A DNA stretch of 64,000 nt. Origin: an uncultured Acidimicrobiia bacterium. Its GTDB lineage: Bacteria > Acidobacteriota > Terriglobia > Versatilivoradales > Versatilivoraceae. The number at the start of each line of letters is the position of its first letter. The first letter of the stretch is position 1. The notes beneath the pieces are model-generated. The model saw only the letters and a program-made list of their open reading frames with translations, made no database searches and was not told the origin of the DNA. Below are positions 32,534 to 41,516 of the stretch, piece by piece. The stretch spans positions 416,001 through 480,000 of the forward strand of contig CAWBAT010000008.1 of NCBI GenBank assembly GCA_963786955.1, written 5' to 3'. A program made the translations under genes and the position numbers.

Positions 32534-32978
32534 GTAGCGACAGGCGTCCACGCCTGTCGGCGCCGTGTGGCAAAGCGCTGGTGCCGGAGCCGTTGCCCCC
32601 GAGCGGACAGGGAATTTGTGAAGTAATTCAATTTTGGTTCCCCTCCTTGCTAAGTACTGCTATTCGTAATTACGGTGACGTTTCTGAGGTATGGCGCCGC
32701 GTGGGGTCACGCGGCCTACAAAGTTGTAGGCCGGGTCACCGACCCGGCGTTAACGTCACCGTATTTATGAAATGCAGTACTAAGGAGGGGGGCGAGGGGG
32801 TGGCCGTTCTGGTGGGGCGCGCACGCCCTGCCCGCCGAACTAACGGCCTGAAAGGCCTCTTCATACCGTAGCCGAGGGCAACGCCCTCGGTTACGATTCC
32901 AAAATGTCCGTTGCCCTGTAAGGGCAACACAAACTGGTGCACCGAATCTCTAGGGCTGTCTCAGCGAGACAGCCGTAC
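32534..32978. repeat. Composite cluster of at least three palindromic repeat families
   Basis: GTAGCGACAGGCGTCCACGCCTGTCG; CCCTCCTT..TAAGGAGGGG; GGCCTGAAAGGCC..TAGCCGAGGGCAACGCCCTCGG..GCCCTGTAAGGGC; GGCTGTCTCAGCGAGACAGCC. Confidence 0.75.
32654..32780. mobile_element. 127-bp MITE-like element with 29-bp TIRs (25/29 match) and a TAA target duplication
   Basis: Left end GTACTGCTATTCGTAATTACGGTGACGTT; reverse complement of the right end GTACTGCATTTCATAAATACGGTGACGTT; TAA at 32651-53 and 32781-83. Confidence 0.78.
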
Positions 32979-33059
32979 CAATTGACTCTTTGATCATGTG
33001 TGACAACTTCAGGCCTAAACGCATAGGTCCGCCCCTGACGACCTCTTAACCAACTTCTC

Positions 33060-33887
33060 ATGAATGCCATTCAAGCCATTATCCTCGGCGCGGTGCAAGG
33101 GTTTACGGAATTTCTCCCTATTAGTAGTTCGGCTCATTTGATTTTGGTTCCCTGGATTATGGGTTGGGAGGACCAGGGCCTGACGTTTGATGTGGTTCTT
33201 CATGCCGGAACACTCCTGGCCATTCTTACCTACTTCTGGAAAGACTGGTACGGCATGCTTCGAGGGATTCTGAACTGGAAAAGCAATACCGAGGTTGAAG
33301 GAAACGCTGTTGAATCAAGACTTTTTTTATATGTGGTTTGTGCCACCATCCCGGCAGCCCTAGCGGGGTTCTTGGCCGAAAAGACAGTGGAGACAACCCT
33401 CAGGAGTCCCTTTGTCCTTTCCTTTACGATGATTGGAGTGGCGGTTCTTTTGTGGGTAGCTGAAAAGACTGCCAAACTCAAGAAAGGGCTTTCTGAACTG
33501 ACGCTGCCAGATGCACTCAGCATTGGTACGGCCCAGGCTCTTGCCCTGATCCCGGGAACATCCCGATCCGGAATCACGATTACCACCGGGCTTTTTCTCG
33601 GCTTCACCCGGGAAACAGCGGCCCGCTTTTCCTTTCTGTTATCCGCCCCAATCATCGCCGGAGCCGGCCTGAAGAAAGCGCTGGAACTCCGGCACGAAGG
33701 CATCCCCCACACGCATTTGTTCCCCATACTGCTGGGTTTTCTCTCCTCTCTGGTTGTGGGATACTTGACCATCCGGTTCCTGATGAGTTATCTTCAAAAA
33801 AATTCATTGTTCATCTTTATCTGCTACCGTATTCTGCTAGGGATGGTGATTTTGTTTTTGATCCATTTCGCAGGGTTCCGCCCATGA
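33060..33887 (+). CDS. uppP: Undecaprenyl-diphosphate phosphatase
   Basis: QGFTEFLPISSSAH and PGTSRSG motifs. Confidence 0.95.
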   Translation: MNAIQAIILGAVQGFTEFLPISSSAHLILVPWIMGWEDQGLTFDVVLHAGTLLAILTYFWKDWYGMLRGILNWKSNTEVEGNAVESRLFLYVVCATIPAALAGFLAEKTVETTLRSPFVLSFTMIGVAVLLWVAEKTAKLKKGLSELTLPDALSIGTAQALALIPGTSRSGITITTGLFLGFTRETAARFSFLLSAPIIAGAGLKKALELRHEGIPHTHLFPILLGFLSSLVVGYLTIRFLMSYLQKNSLFIFICYRILLGMVILFLIHFAGFRP

Positions 33888-36196
33888 GCCTTCTGGTGCC
33901 CTCAAAACATCCACGCATCAATGAAGCCGTCGGTATTGTGTTTTTCACGTTGACGTTTCTGATCTTTCTGAGCCTGATCTCCTATCACCCGTCTGACCCT
34001 TCGCTCAACAGTTCGCGAAACCTGTTAACCGATCATAATGTGGGGAATCTCATTGGACGGTTCGGTTCGACGCTCTCCGATTTGTTGCTCCAGTTGCTGG
34101 GTTACCCTTCTTTCCTGCTGCCGGTGATGTTTTCGATTCTCGGCTGGAGATGGCTGAAATCGCAGCCCATCGAAATCCCGTGGATCAAGGCCTTAGGCTT
34201 GGTCGGGCTGCTGGCTTCCACTTGTGCTCTGGCCGGACTTCTTTTCCCCAATTATCTCAGCATCGGCTGGTCTCTCAAGGCCGGAGGGCTATGGGGCGAC
34301 CTGCTCGGGGATTGGTTGAAGTCCCGGTTTAATTTGGCCGGTTCGTTGATTCTGACCGTGTCCGTCCTTCTGATTTCGCTCTTTGTTTCGACGCGATTCT
34401 CGTTCTCTGCCCTAGTTGCCTGGTTCAAGAATCATAGTGGATTTATCATGGAGTGGCGTGACCGTTGGGTTCTTAATCGTAAGGTCAGGGCCAAGGAAAA
34501 AGAACGAGTCCGGCTTGAAAAGGCAATGTTAGCGGAGGCGAAGGCCCGGGAAACTGCCAAGACAGTGATCAAACAATCCGTGACAGAGCTCAAAGAGCAG
34601 GGGGAAGCCTCCGCCAGGCGGATTCCCAAAGAGCCCTCTCCACGAAACATGGATTTTGCCGATGCCGAGCCGGTAATTCATTCGAAACGGGCTCCCATCG
34701 AGAAGGCCCATTTTATCCCGACCGGGACCAAGGATTTTGTTTTTCCCCGCATCACTTCGTTACATCCCTCGGAAGGTCAACAGATCGTCAATGAAAAAGA
34801 ACTGCGGCAGCGGGCGATCCAGTTGACGGAAAAATGCAAAGAGTTCGATGTCCACGGTCAGGTGATGCAGATTCACCCAGGCCCCGTCGTCACGACTTAT
34901 GAATTCAAGCCCGAGCCAGGCGTGAAATACAGCCGGATCACGAATTTGGTAGATGACCTTTGTCTCGCGTTGAAAGCCGAATCGGTTCGCATCGACCGGC
35001 TGCCCGGGAAATCTACGGTAGGCGTCGAAGTACCGAATTCTTTTCGCGAGACAATTTATCTTCGCGAGATCATCGAATCGGTCGAATTTCAGAACTCCCC
35101 ATCCAAGTTGACCATTGCCTTAGGGAAAGACATTGCAGGCAAAATCACGGTTGCCGACCTGACCAAGATGCCGCACTTGCTGATTGCAGGGCAAACTGGA
35201 TCCGGCAAGAGCGTTGCCGTCAATGCCATGATTCTTTCCATTCTGTATAAGGCAACACCGGACGAAGTAAAATTTATCCTGGTGGACCCGAAACGTCTCG
35301 AATTGGGCCTGTATGAAGACATTCCCCATTTGCTCACCCCGGTGGTCACGGAGCCCAAGCGCGCCTCGAACGCGCTGAAATGGGCAACCAATGAAATGGA
35401 GAATCGCTATAAGCTTCTAGCGACGGTGGGTGTCAGAAACATCGAACAATACAATGCACTGGTCAGTAAGCCCAAAACCCTGGAGCTCTTTCCGGTAGAG
35501 GAGATCGAAAGAAAGCCACTCCCGTTCATTGTCATTGTCATCGACGAATTGGCTGACCTGATGATGGTGGCCTCAAAAGACGTCGAAGACTCGGTGATGC
35601 GCTTGGCGCAGATGGCCAGGGCTGTGGGGATCCATTTGATTGTCGCGACTCAACGGCCTTCGGTGGATATCCTGACGGGTGTCATCAAGGCGAATTTTCC
35701 GTGCCGCATCTCGTTCCGTGTGGCCCAGAAGGTGGACTCTCGTACAATCTTGGATCAAATGGGGGCCCAGCAGTTATTGGGGAAAGGCGACATGCTTTTC
35801 ATTCCACCGGGTTCGTCCAAAATGGTGCGAGTGCATGCTCCCTTTGTGAGTGAAGATGAAACCAGCGAGATTGTGAAGCATCTTAAGGCTCAGTGCCAAC
35901 CCGTCTACAACCAGAAGGTGCTGGAAGACACCGGAGAGAAGGACAAGCAGCTCGCCGAGGTTGACGCTGAGGTGGACGAGATGTATGAAGAGGCCGTGCG
36001 TATTGTGGTCGAGATGGGGAAAGGCTCAACCTCCATCCTCCAGCGGCGGTTGCGACTCGGTTATGGTCGCGCTGCTCGCCTCATCGATATGATGGAACGC
36101 GACGGCATCGTCGGCCCCGCAGATGGCAGCAAACCGCGCGAAATTCTCAAACGGCGTGATTTCTTTAAGGAAATTGACGAAGAGCGGGGAGCGTAG
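33884..36196 (+). CDS. ftsK: DNA translocase FtsK
   Basis: N-terminal 4TM domain; HLLIAGQTGSGKS, IDELADLM and ATQRPS motifs; gamma domain LQRRLRLGYGRAARLID. Confidence 0.96.
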   Translation: MSLLVPSKHPRINEAVGIVFFTLTFLIFLSLISYHPSDPSLNSSRNLLTDHNVGNLIGRFGSTLSDLLLQLLGYPSFLLPVMFSILGWRWLKSQPIEIPWIKALGLVGLLASTCALAGLLFPNYLSIGWSLKAGGLWGDLLGDWLKSRFNLAGSLILTVSVLLISLFVSTRFSFSALVAWFKNHSGFIMEWRDRWVLNRKVRAKEKERVRLEKAMLAEAKARETAKTVIKQSVTELKEQGEASARRIPKEPSPRNMDFADAEPVIHSKRAPIEKAHFIPTGTKDFVFPRITSLHPSEGQQIVNEKELRQRAIQLTEKCKEFDVHGQVMQIHPGPVVTTYEFKPEPGVKYSRITNLVDDLCLALKAESVRIDRLPGKSTVGVEVPNSFRETIYLREIIESVEFQNSPSKLTIALGKDIAGKITVADLTKMPHLLIAGQTGSGKSVAVNAMILSILYKATPDEVKFILVDPKRLELGLYEDIPHLLTPVVTEPKRASNALKWATNEMENRYKLLATVGVRNIEQYNALVSKPKTLELFPVEEIERKPLPFIVIVIDELADLMMVASKDVEDSVMRLAQMARAVGIHLIVATQRPSVDILTGVIKANFPCRISFRVAQKVDSRTILDQMGAQQLLGKGDMLFIPPGSSKMVRVHAPFVSEDETSEIVKHLKAQCQPVYNQKVLEDTGEKDKQLAEVDAEVDEMYEEAVRIVVEMGKGSTSILQRRLRLGYGRAARLIDMMERDGIVGPADGSKPREILKRRDFFKEIDEERGA

Positions 36197-36205
36197 AAAA
36201 AATTG

Positions 36206-36383
36206 TCCACGGTCTAAGGTCAAAAGCAAATCTCTTATGTCCAAAGTCGAAGGTCTAGGGTCCAACGTCCAGGGTCGAATAAAAGGTCAAAAGTCGAAGG
36301 TCAGAATTAGAAGTCTAAGGTCTAAGGTCGAAGGTCGGAACTAAAAAATCCAAGGTCGAAGGTCGAGAGCCTAGAGTCCAGGA
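36206..36383 (+). repeat. About 20 degenerate 7-bp units (consensus TCNAAGG) upstream of the four-helix-bundle gene
   Basis: TCCACGG TCTAAGG TCAAAAG ... TCCAAAG TCGAAGG TCTAGGG TCCAACG TCCAGGG ... TCTAAGG TCTAAGG TCGAAGG TCGGAAC ... TCCAAGG TCGAAGG TCGAGAG. Confidence 0.88.
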
Positions 36384-36412
36384 AATAGAGGTTCCAGATT
36401 GAGGACTGAAGC

Positions 36413-36811
36413 ATGGCCGGGATTGAGAAATTTGAAGATATCGAGGCTTGGCAAGAGGCAAGAAACCTGACTCAAACGATTTACGCATTATCTTCAAATG
36501 GCAATTTCTCTAAAGATTTTGCGCTCAAGGATCAGGTCCGGAGAGCTGCAGTTTCCATCATGTCCAATATTGCTGAGGGATTTGAGCGAAGGGGAGACAG
36601 AGAGTTTCATCACTTCTTGTCCATAGCCAAGGCATCAAGCGGGGAATTACGCTCCCAACTTTATGTTGCCTTGGATCAACATTACATGGACCTGCAGCAG
36701 TTCACTACACTTTCAAACCAGGTAACTCACATTAGCTGCCTCATTGCAGGATTCATGAAGTACCTTGAACAATCAATCGAGAATAGGAACAAGAAGAGCC
36801 CTGGTCTATGA
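36413..36811 (+). CDS. Four helix bundle protein (23S rRNA IVS protein family, TIGR02436-like)
   Basis: FEDIEAWQ, DQVRRAAVSIMSNIAEGFER and FLSIAKASSGELRSQLY motifs. Confidence 0.92.
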   Translation: MAGIEKFEDIEAWQEARNLTQTIYALSSNGNFSKDFALKDQVRRAAVSIMSNIAEGFERRGDREFHHFLSIAKASSGELRSQLYVALDQHYMDLQQFTTLSNQVTHISCLIAGFMKYLEQSIENRNKKSPGL

Positions 36812-36823
36812 ATCTACATTGGG

Positions 36824-36872
36824 CTTTAGACCTTTGACGTTTGACCTTAGACTTTTGACCTTCGACCCGGGA
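36824..36872 (-). repeat. Seven 7-bp units, reverse complement of the upstream array
   Basis: CTTTAGA CCTTTGA CGTTTGA CCTTAGA CTTTTGA CCTTCGA CCCGGGA. Confidence 0.88.
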
Positions 36873-36874
36873 CC

Positions 36875-37204
36875 TTATTTGTCTTCAGTCTTGACGTTTT
36901 CCTCAATCCAATTCAAATAATTAGCAGAACCAGCGACGATCGGAAGCGCAATGATTTCCGGCACGGCATAAGAATGCAAGCGCTCCACCTCCTTCTGAAG
37001 TTCCGGGAACTTCTCGCGTGAAGTTTTCATGATAAGCAAGACTTCTTGATCTTCAGTCACTTTCCCTTCCCACCAATACCAGGAAGTAATGGAGGGTACA
37101 AGATTCACGCAAGCCGCAAATTTCTTCTCTACGAGGTCCTTGGCTAATTTTGCTGCCTCTGCGGAGTCCCCAACTGTCACCATCACGACGATCTTGTCAG
37201 TCAT
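36875..37204 (-). CDS. cutA: Divalent-cation tolerance protein CutA
   Basis: AACVN, SWYWWEGK and HSYAVPEII motifs. Confidence 0.92.
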   Translation of the reverse strand: MTDKIVVMVTVGDSAEAAKLAKDLVEKKFAACVNLVPSITSWYWWEGKVTEDQEVLLIMKTSREKFPELQKEVERLHSYAVPEIIALPIVAGSANYLNWIEENVKTEDK

Positions 37205-37558
37205 TCAGCCCTCCAGCACAGCACCGTATTTAAAGAGGTCCGTGTGAATAATTGTTTCTCATTATAACGATTTTGAGCTAGACTACCGCTACATTTCGGA
37301 ATGGAGAAGCCAACCCCTGAAAACTCCTATGCAGTTGGGGTTTCCGGCGGGTTGATCATAGACAAAGACAGGCAAATTGGATGGCGTCCTTAGACATTTC
37401 GAGATGAATATCCAGGTTCCCCGAAACCAAGAAGTTTTAAGAAGCTCTCCTGACACGGGAGACAACGCATAGAATAGCAGGGCACTGCACATTTCATATT
37501 TTATAGGCGGCCAGCCCCTTGCGGCGTTGCGAGAAAACGAAAGTTATGTTTACCGGTT

Positions 37559-37697
37559 GCCCCTGAAAGGGGCGGAACAAGAATAGCCCAGGGCAGAGCG
37601 AGTGGCGCCAGCCACAAGCGGCGCCCTGGGTAAGAATGCGTTACATCAAAACCCCTCTCCCCCGCGTGGGGTGAAGGAGAGGGATTGGGTGAGGGGG
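37559..37697. repeat. REP-like palindromes: GCCCCTGAAAGGGGC..TAGCCCAGGGC..GCCCTGGG plus CCCCTCTCCC..GGAGAGGG..GGGTGAGGGG
   Basis: Same families as those at 32845-32928 and 25785-25836. Confidence 0.7.
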
Positions 37698-37724
37698 TAG
37701 TTGATGTGATTCGCGTCGGGTTTC

Positions 37725-38090
37725 ATGAAACCACCGAAAAAAACCCTAGCTGATATGAAAAATTTCTCGCTCAGGCAGATTTTAATTCTTTTTATTGCTA
37801 TTCTCCTATTGCTGGCGGGTTATTCAGCGCTGTTTGGAGAATACGGTTTTGTCGCCATAAGAAAAGCGGAACGACACTCGCAGGAATACATCCAGCGAGT
37901 AGAGCAGTTGAAGAAAGAGAACCTGGAAATCAGAAACGAAATTCGCGCATTGAAAAAAGATCCGACAGCAATTGAAAAAATTGCTCGTGAAGAGCTGGGC
38001 CTCGTCAAAGAAGGAGAGATCAAAATGTCTCCTGCGAAACAGCATGAAGATCCTCCTAAAAGCCCTCCCACACAAGATTCCCACCCTTAA
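37725..38090 (+). CDS. ftsB: Septum formation initiator (FtsB/DivIC family)
   Basis: TM helix, coiled coil and IEKIAREELGLVKEGE motif. Confidence 0.85.
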   Translation: MKPPKKTLADMKNFSLRQILILFIAILLLLAGYSALFGEYGFVAIRKAERHSQEYIQRVEQLKKENLEIRNEIRALKKDPTAIEKIAREELGLVKEGEIKMSPAKQHEDPPKSPPTQDSHP

Positions 38091-38112
38091 CAGAATCCAC
38101 GACTCCTCCTCA

Positions 38113-38230
38113 ATCTTGACTTCTAACCCTTGACTTTTTACCTTTGAACTTAGACCTCCAACATTCGGCCTTCGACTTTAGACTTTCGACCTCCGACTTT
38201 TGATTCCGACCTTCGACCTTAGACTTTTGA
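38113..38230 (-). repeat. About 17 heptamer units (CCTTNGA) directly upstream of the tRNA promoter
   Basis: CCCTTGA CTTTTTA CCTTTGA ACTTAGA ... CCTTCGA CTTTAGA CTTTCGA CCTCCGA CTTTTGA ... CCTTCGA CCTTAGA CTTTTGA. Confidence 0.88.
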
Positions 38231-38236
38231 ATTGCC

Positions 38237-38266
38237 TTGACTCGAATCTCATCCAATCCATATAAT
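38237..38266 (+). promoter_or_regulatory. Sigma70-type promoter of tRNA-Met
   Basis: TTGACT - 18 bp - TATAAT, ending 14 bp before the tRNA. Confidence 0.7.
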
Positions 38267-38280
38267 GCTCTTAGATCAGA

Positions 38281-38357
<77 letters not shown>

Positions 38358-38462
38358 AATTTCCTCAGCTCTTCAATCCTTCCAACCCTTTATTGCTCCG
38401 TACCTTATAGGCTAGTTCAGTCTTTCCGGCAAGTCCTCCTCTTGATCGTCATTTTCCTCATT

Positions 38463-38482
38463 TGCTAACAAACTGCTAACAA
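38463..38482. repeat. TGCTAACAA direct repeat with 11-bp period; candidate integrase arm-binding sites
   Basis: TGCTAACAA at 38463 and 38474, overlapping the integrase stop, about 105 bp from the tRNA 3' end. Confidence 0.5.
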
Positions 38483-39613
38483 TTGGTTTTTTCGCGGCCC
38501 TTTAACATCCGTTTTTCTAGCTTCGCGCAAGCTTCAGCTTTAGCCTGTGGGAATAAGTGTCCGTAAGTGTCGAATGTGATCTGAATGCTCGAATGTCCCA
38601 GTTGGTCAGAAACATATTTTGCACTTTCTCCCTGGGAAATCAACATCGATGCAAAGAAATGGCGGAGATCGTGGAATCGAGCAGTGCCCAATCCGGCGGC
38701 GCGCTTGATCGGCTTGAAAATGTGGTCGTCGAAGAAGTCTGGATCAATAAGATTTCCCTGACTACCACGGAAAATGAAACTGTCTGAGCTCTCCGCTGCC
38801 TGCTTCAACCGAGAGAGTAGCTGGATTACGTGATCGCTGAGCCCGACCCGTCGCGAAGATCTTTTTGATTTCGGAGGACCAATTTTCCAAAGCCATTTAT
38901 GAACCCCATCGGTCGCCGCGCACTTCGACAGCGCCTTATTGACGCGAAGCTCTTTTTGAAACCAGTCAATGTCCTCAAACCGTAAAGCCAGAATCTCCCC
39001 TCGACGCAGCCCAGTGAACGCATCCAGATAGATAATCCCATGGCCAATGTTCTTAAGCTCAGCGGCAGTGTCGATCAGTTTCCACACTTGGTCTACTGTG
39101 GGTGGAACAATTTGTTCATGGTTGATCAACGGAAGTTCTACACCCTCGACCGGATTGAAGTGAATGTAACCCTGTTTTCGCGCGCTGCTGCCTTTTGGGC
39201 TGAAACAGCATGACTCTCAGGAGGGTCACGGTATTTCGCAGCGTCTTGGTGGAAACATCCTTGGCGAGCTGAGCAACAAAACTTTGGACATTCTCCAGTC
39301 GAATTTGCTGCAACTTCATGGGACCAAAGAGTGGAATCAGATGCTTTCGAATAATCGACTCATAAGCCGATGAGGTCGAGCCACGGATGCTCAACCGGCT
39401 GGAGATGTAGCTCTCGGCAAACTCAGCAAATGTGACCGTCCTGGGCTCGACATAATCGCCCTTATTGATCTGAGTGAGTATCTCATTGAGCTGTGCGCGG
39501 GCGGATGCCTTGTTTGGAAAGCCCCCCAGCCACTTCTGCTTTCCCCCAGGAATTCGGTAGACAATGGTGTAAGAGCCACCTCGACAAATGATTGAACCAC
39601 TTTGCCTTCGCAT
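38476..39613 (-). CDS. Tyrosine recombinase/phage-type integrase, frameshift near 39200
   Basis: N-terminal arm and SAM-like region in 39116..39613; catalytic TGLRRGE, PKS, FHDLRH, LGHS and TYGH in 38476..39129. Confidence 0.88.
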
Positions 39614-40278
39614 TGCTCAGTCCTTATGGGAGAGGGAGGCGACCACATGACCTGTTGCTCCCCGTGTTTCAGCGAGTTCAGCGCCTTGGTTGACCAAGCT
39701 CGGTATCGTAAGCGGATCGTTGTCGGAGGGATTTGTACCTTCCTGCTGATGACAATTGGGTTGGCAACGTGGCTTGGCCTCAGTCACTGGCGCTCGATCG
39801 TCGGGTGAGTCGATAACCCGTAAGCCCCCTTCAGCAGGGCAACCAGAGCAGAGAGGAAACCGCAACAAAAAATCCGTATGAGCCCAATCGTGAGGAGCAG
39901 CCGACCGAGATGGCTAGTCAGCAGCCTAAACCGAAAATCTATCAGGATGTGATTCTGGACGTAAGAGATCAAGCTGTGACGCGGGGTCAGAAAACATCCC
40001 CGCCTAAAGGGAAATATCCCGAGATCCCAAGGGGACACCTCAACCTGTCAATCTATTTGCCATTCGCAAGCGAACCTGGGGAATACCAGGTCAGAATCTA
40101 TAAAGATCCAAATAAACCCTTACTGGACACAACCGGTATGGCCACGATCCAAAAATCCATCACGATTCTCGAAATCAAAGTAAACGCCAGCTACTTCACA
40201 CCGGGTGAGTATGTACTAGAAACTCGCCGCAGCGGATGGACTTTGAGTTACAAATACACTTTCCTGGTCGCGGAGTAG
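39602..40278 (+). pseudogene. Degenerate zinc-finger anti-sigma-factor-like membrane protein
   Basis: HMTCCSPC fits H-x3-C-x2-C; a TM helix follows; after a stop and frame change comes a beta-rich domain (39910..40278). Confidence 0.45.
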
Positions 40279-40385
40279 GTAGCTAGACCTATTGTGAGAG
40301 GACCTCTACCTCCGGCTGACCGACCGAGGATTCTAGCAGCAGGCCTTGCCATCTTCGAAAGTTTCTTGCAAAGAAGTGCATGACT

Positions 40386-40405
40386 ATATAGTATAATTGC
40401 TATAT
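40386..40405. promoter_or_regulatory. Palindrome ATATAG-TATAATTG-CTATAT over a -10 box; candidate TA operator
   Basis: 6-bp inverted arms enclosing TATAAT, ending 16 bp before the toxin TTG start. Confidence 0.4.
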
Positions 40406-40421
40406 TAAGCTGGAGGTCTAG

Positions 40422-40784
40422 TTGCCGACAATAAAGCCGCTGCGCTGGGTGGCAAGTAGCAAGAAAGATCTGCTCGCTTTCCCAGAGGATGTACGTCAAG
40501 AAATCGGATATGCCCTGTACTTCGCCCAGGCGGGAGACAAGCACCCAGCAGCCAAACCTCTGAAAGGCTTTCATGGAGCTGGGGTTTTGGAAATCGTGGA
40601 GGACCAAAAGGGAGCCACGTATCGGGCCGTTTACACGGTGAAATTCGCGGCGGTGGTCTATGTTCTTCACGCCTTTCAAAAGAAATCGACGAAGGGAATT
40701 GCAACTCCGCAGCATGAAATCGAACTGATTAAGGATCGGCTGAAACTAGCTGAAGCTAATTACAAAAGGGGGCAAGAGTCATGA
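40422..40784 (+). CDS. Type II TA toxin, RelE/ParE superfamily (Gp49/HigB-like)
   Basis: SKKDLLAFP, YRAVYTV and YVLHAFQKKS motifs; toxin-first order. Confidence 0.88.
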   Translation: MPTIKPLRWVASSKKDLLAFPEDVRQEIGYALYFAQAGDKHPAAKPLKGFHGAGVLEIVEDQKGATYRAVYTVKFAAVVYVLHAFQKKSTKGIATPQHEIELIKDRLKLAEANYKRGQES

Positions 40785-41101
40785 AACTAGTAACCGAAAG
40801 CAGTGGGAATGTATTTGAGGATTTGGGATTTGCCAACTCGAAAGAATTGTTGGCAAAAACCGAGCTGGCTCGCCAGGTCTACCTCATCATTAAGAAACGT
40901 GGTCTGACTCAAACGGCTGCAGCCGATCTGCTCGGATTGAAGCAGCCCGATGTCTCCTTGTTGATGCGTGGCCGTTTATCGAGGTTCTCTACCGACCGTT
41001 TGATCCAAATGCTAAATGTGCTGGATCGAGATGTGGAAATCGTGGTCAAACGCAAGTCCAGTTCCAAGCGGAAGGGGTCCGTGAGAGTTATCGCCGCATG
41101 A
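40781..41101 (+). CDS. XRE-family HTH antitoxin (HigA-like)
   Basis: SSGNVFEDLG, LTQTAAADLLGLKQPDVS and FSTDRL motifs; ATGA overlap with the toxin. Confidence 0.88.
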   Translation: MKLVTESSGNVFEDLGFANSKELLAKTELARQVYLIIKKRGLTQTAAADLLGLKQPDVSLLMRGRLSRFSTDRLIQMLNVLDRDVEIVVKRKSSSKRKGSVRVIAA

Positions 41102-41516
41102 TGTTGGAAGACTCTCTGTGCACCCGCTTTGACTTCTCGGCTTTGTCAGGTGGGCTACCGTTTTTCAATGAAATCTTCTTTCCATCGACATAGTGGAGGG
41201 CCGCACCTTGGCAAAGAGTCACACATAAGACCCTATCTGCGTATAATTTTGCAACCTTACGATTCCTAAGAAACAGATCCTCACGGTCAAGATGGGCGAT
41301 ATCCATAAACCTGCTGAGGTCTGAAATACTAATCGGTACGATGGATCGTTCAGGGGCTAGCATTGAAATTAGCTCTGCATATCCAATCTTGCTTCAATGT
41401 TATCCTTAAAATCCGCTGGCGTCGCCGAGTTATGATTAAGGTCATTGGTTCGGTAACTGCAAAATTAGGTTTGGAGTGCCACTCTTTTTGAGTCGTTCAA
41501 ATCCCTCACGCATATT

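Noticed and set aside
36123-36497. Short ORFs 36123..36344 (+) and 36315..36497 (-)
   Set aside because: Their KVEG/STLD-type peptides are mostly translations of the heptamer array.
36413-36811. Diversity-generating retroelement (4HB protein as Avd)
   Set aside because: No reverse transcriptase and no TR/VR pair seen in the window.
36206-38230. Heptamer arrays as a CRISPR array
   Set aside because: Units are 7 bp and contiguous, with no unique spacers and no cas genes.
41088-41363. 91-aa minus-strand ORF, and the short ORFs at 46090-46863
   Set aside because: No recognisable motif or RBS; possibly remnants, but not supportable.
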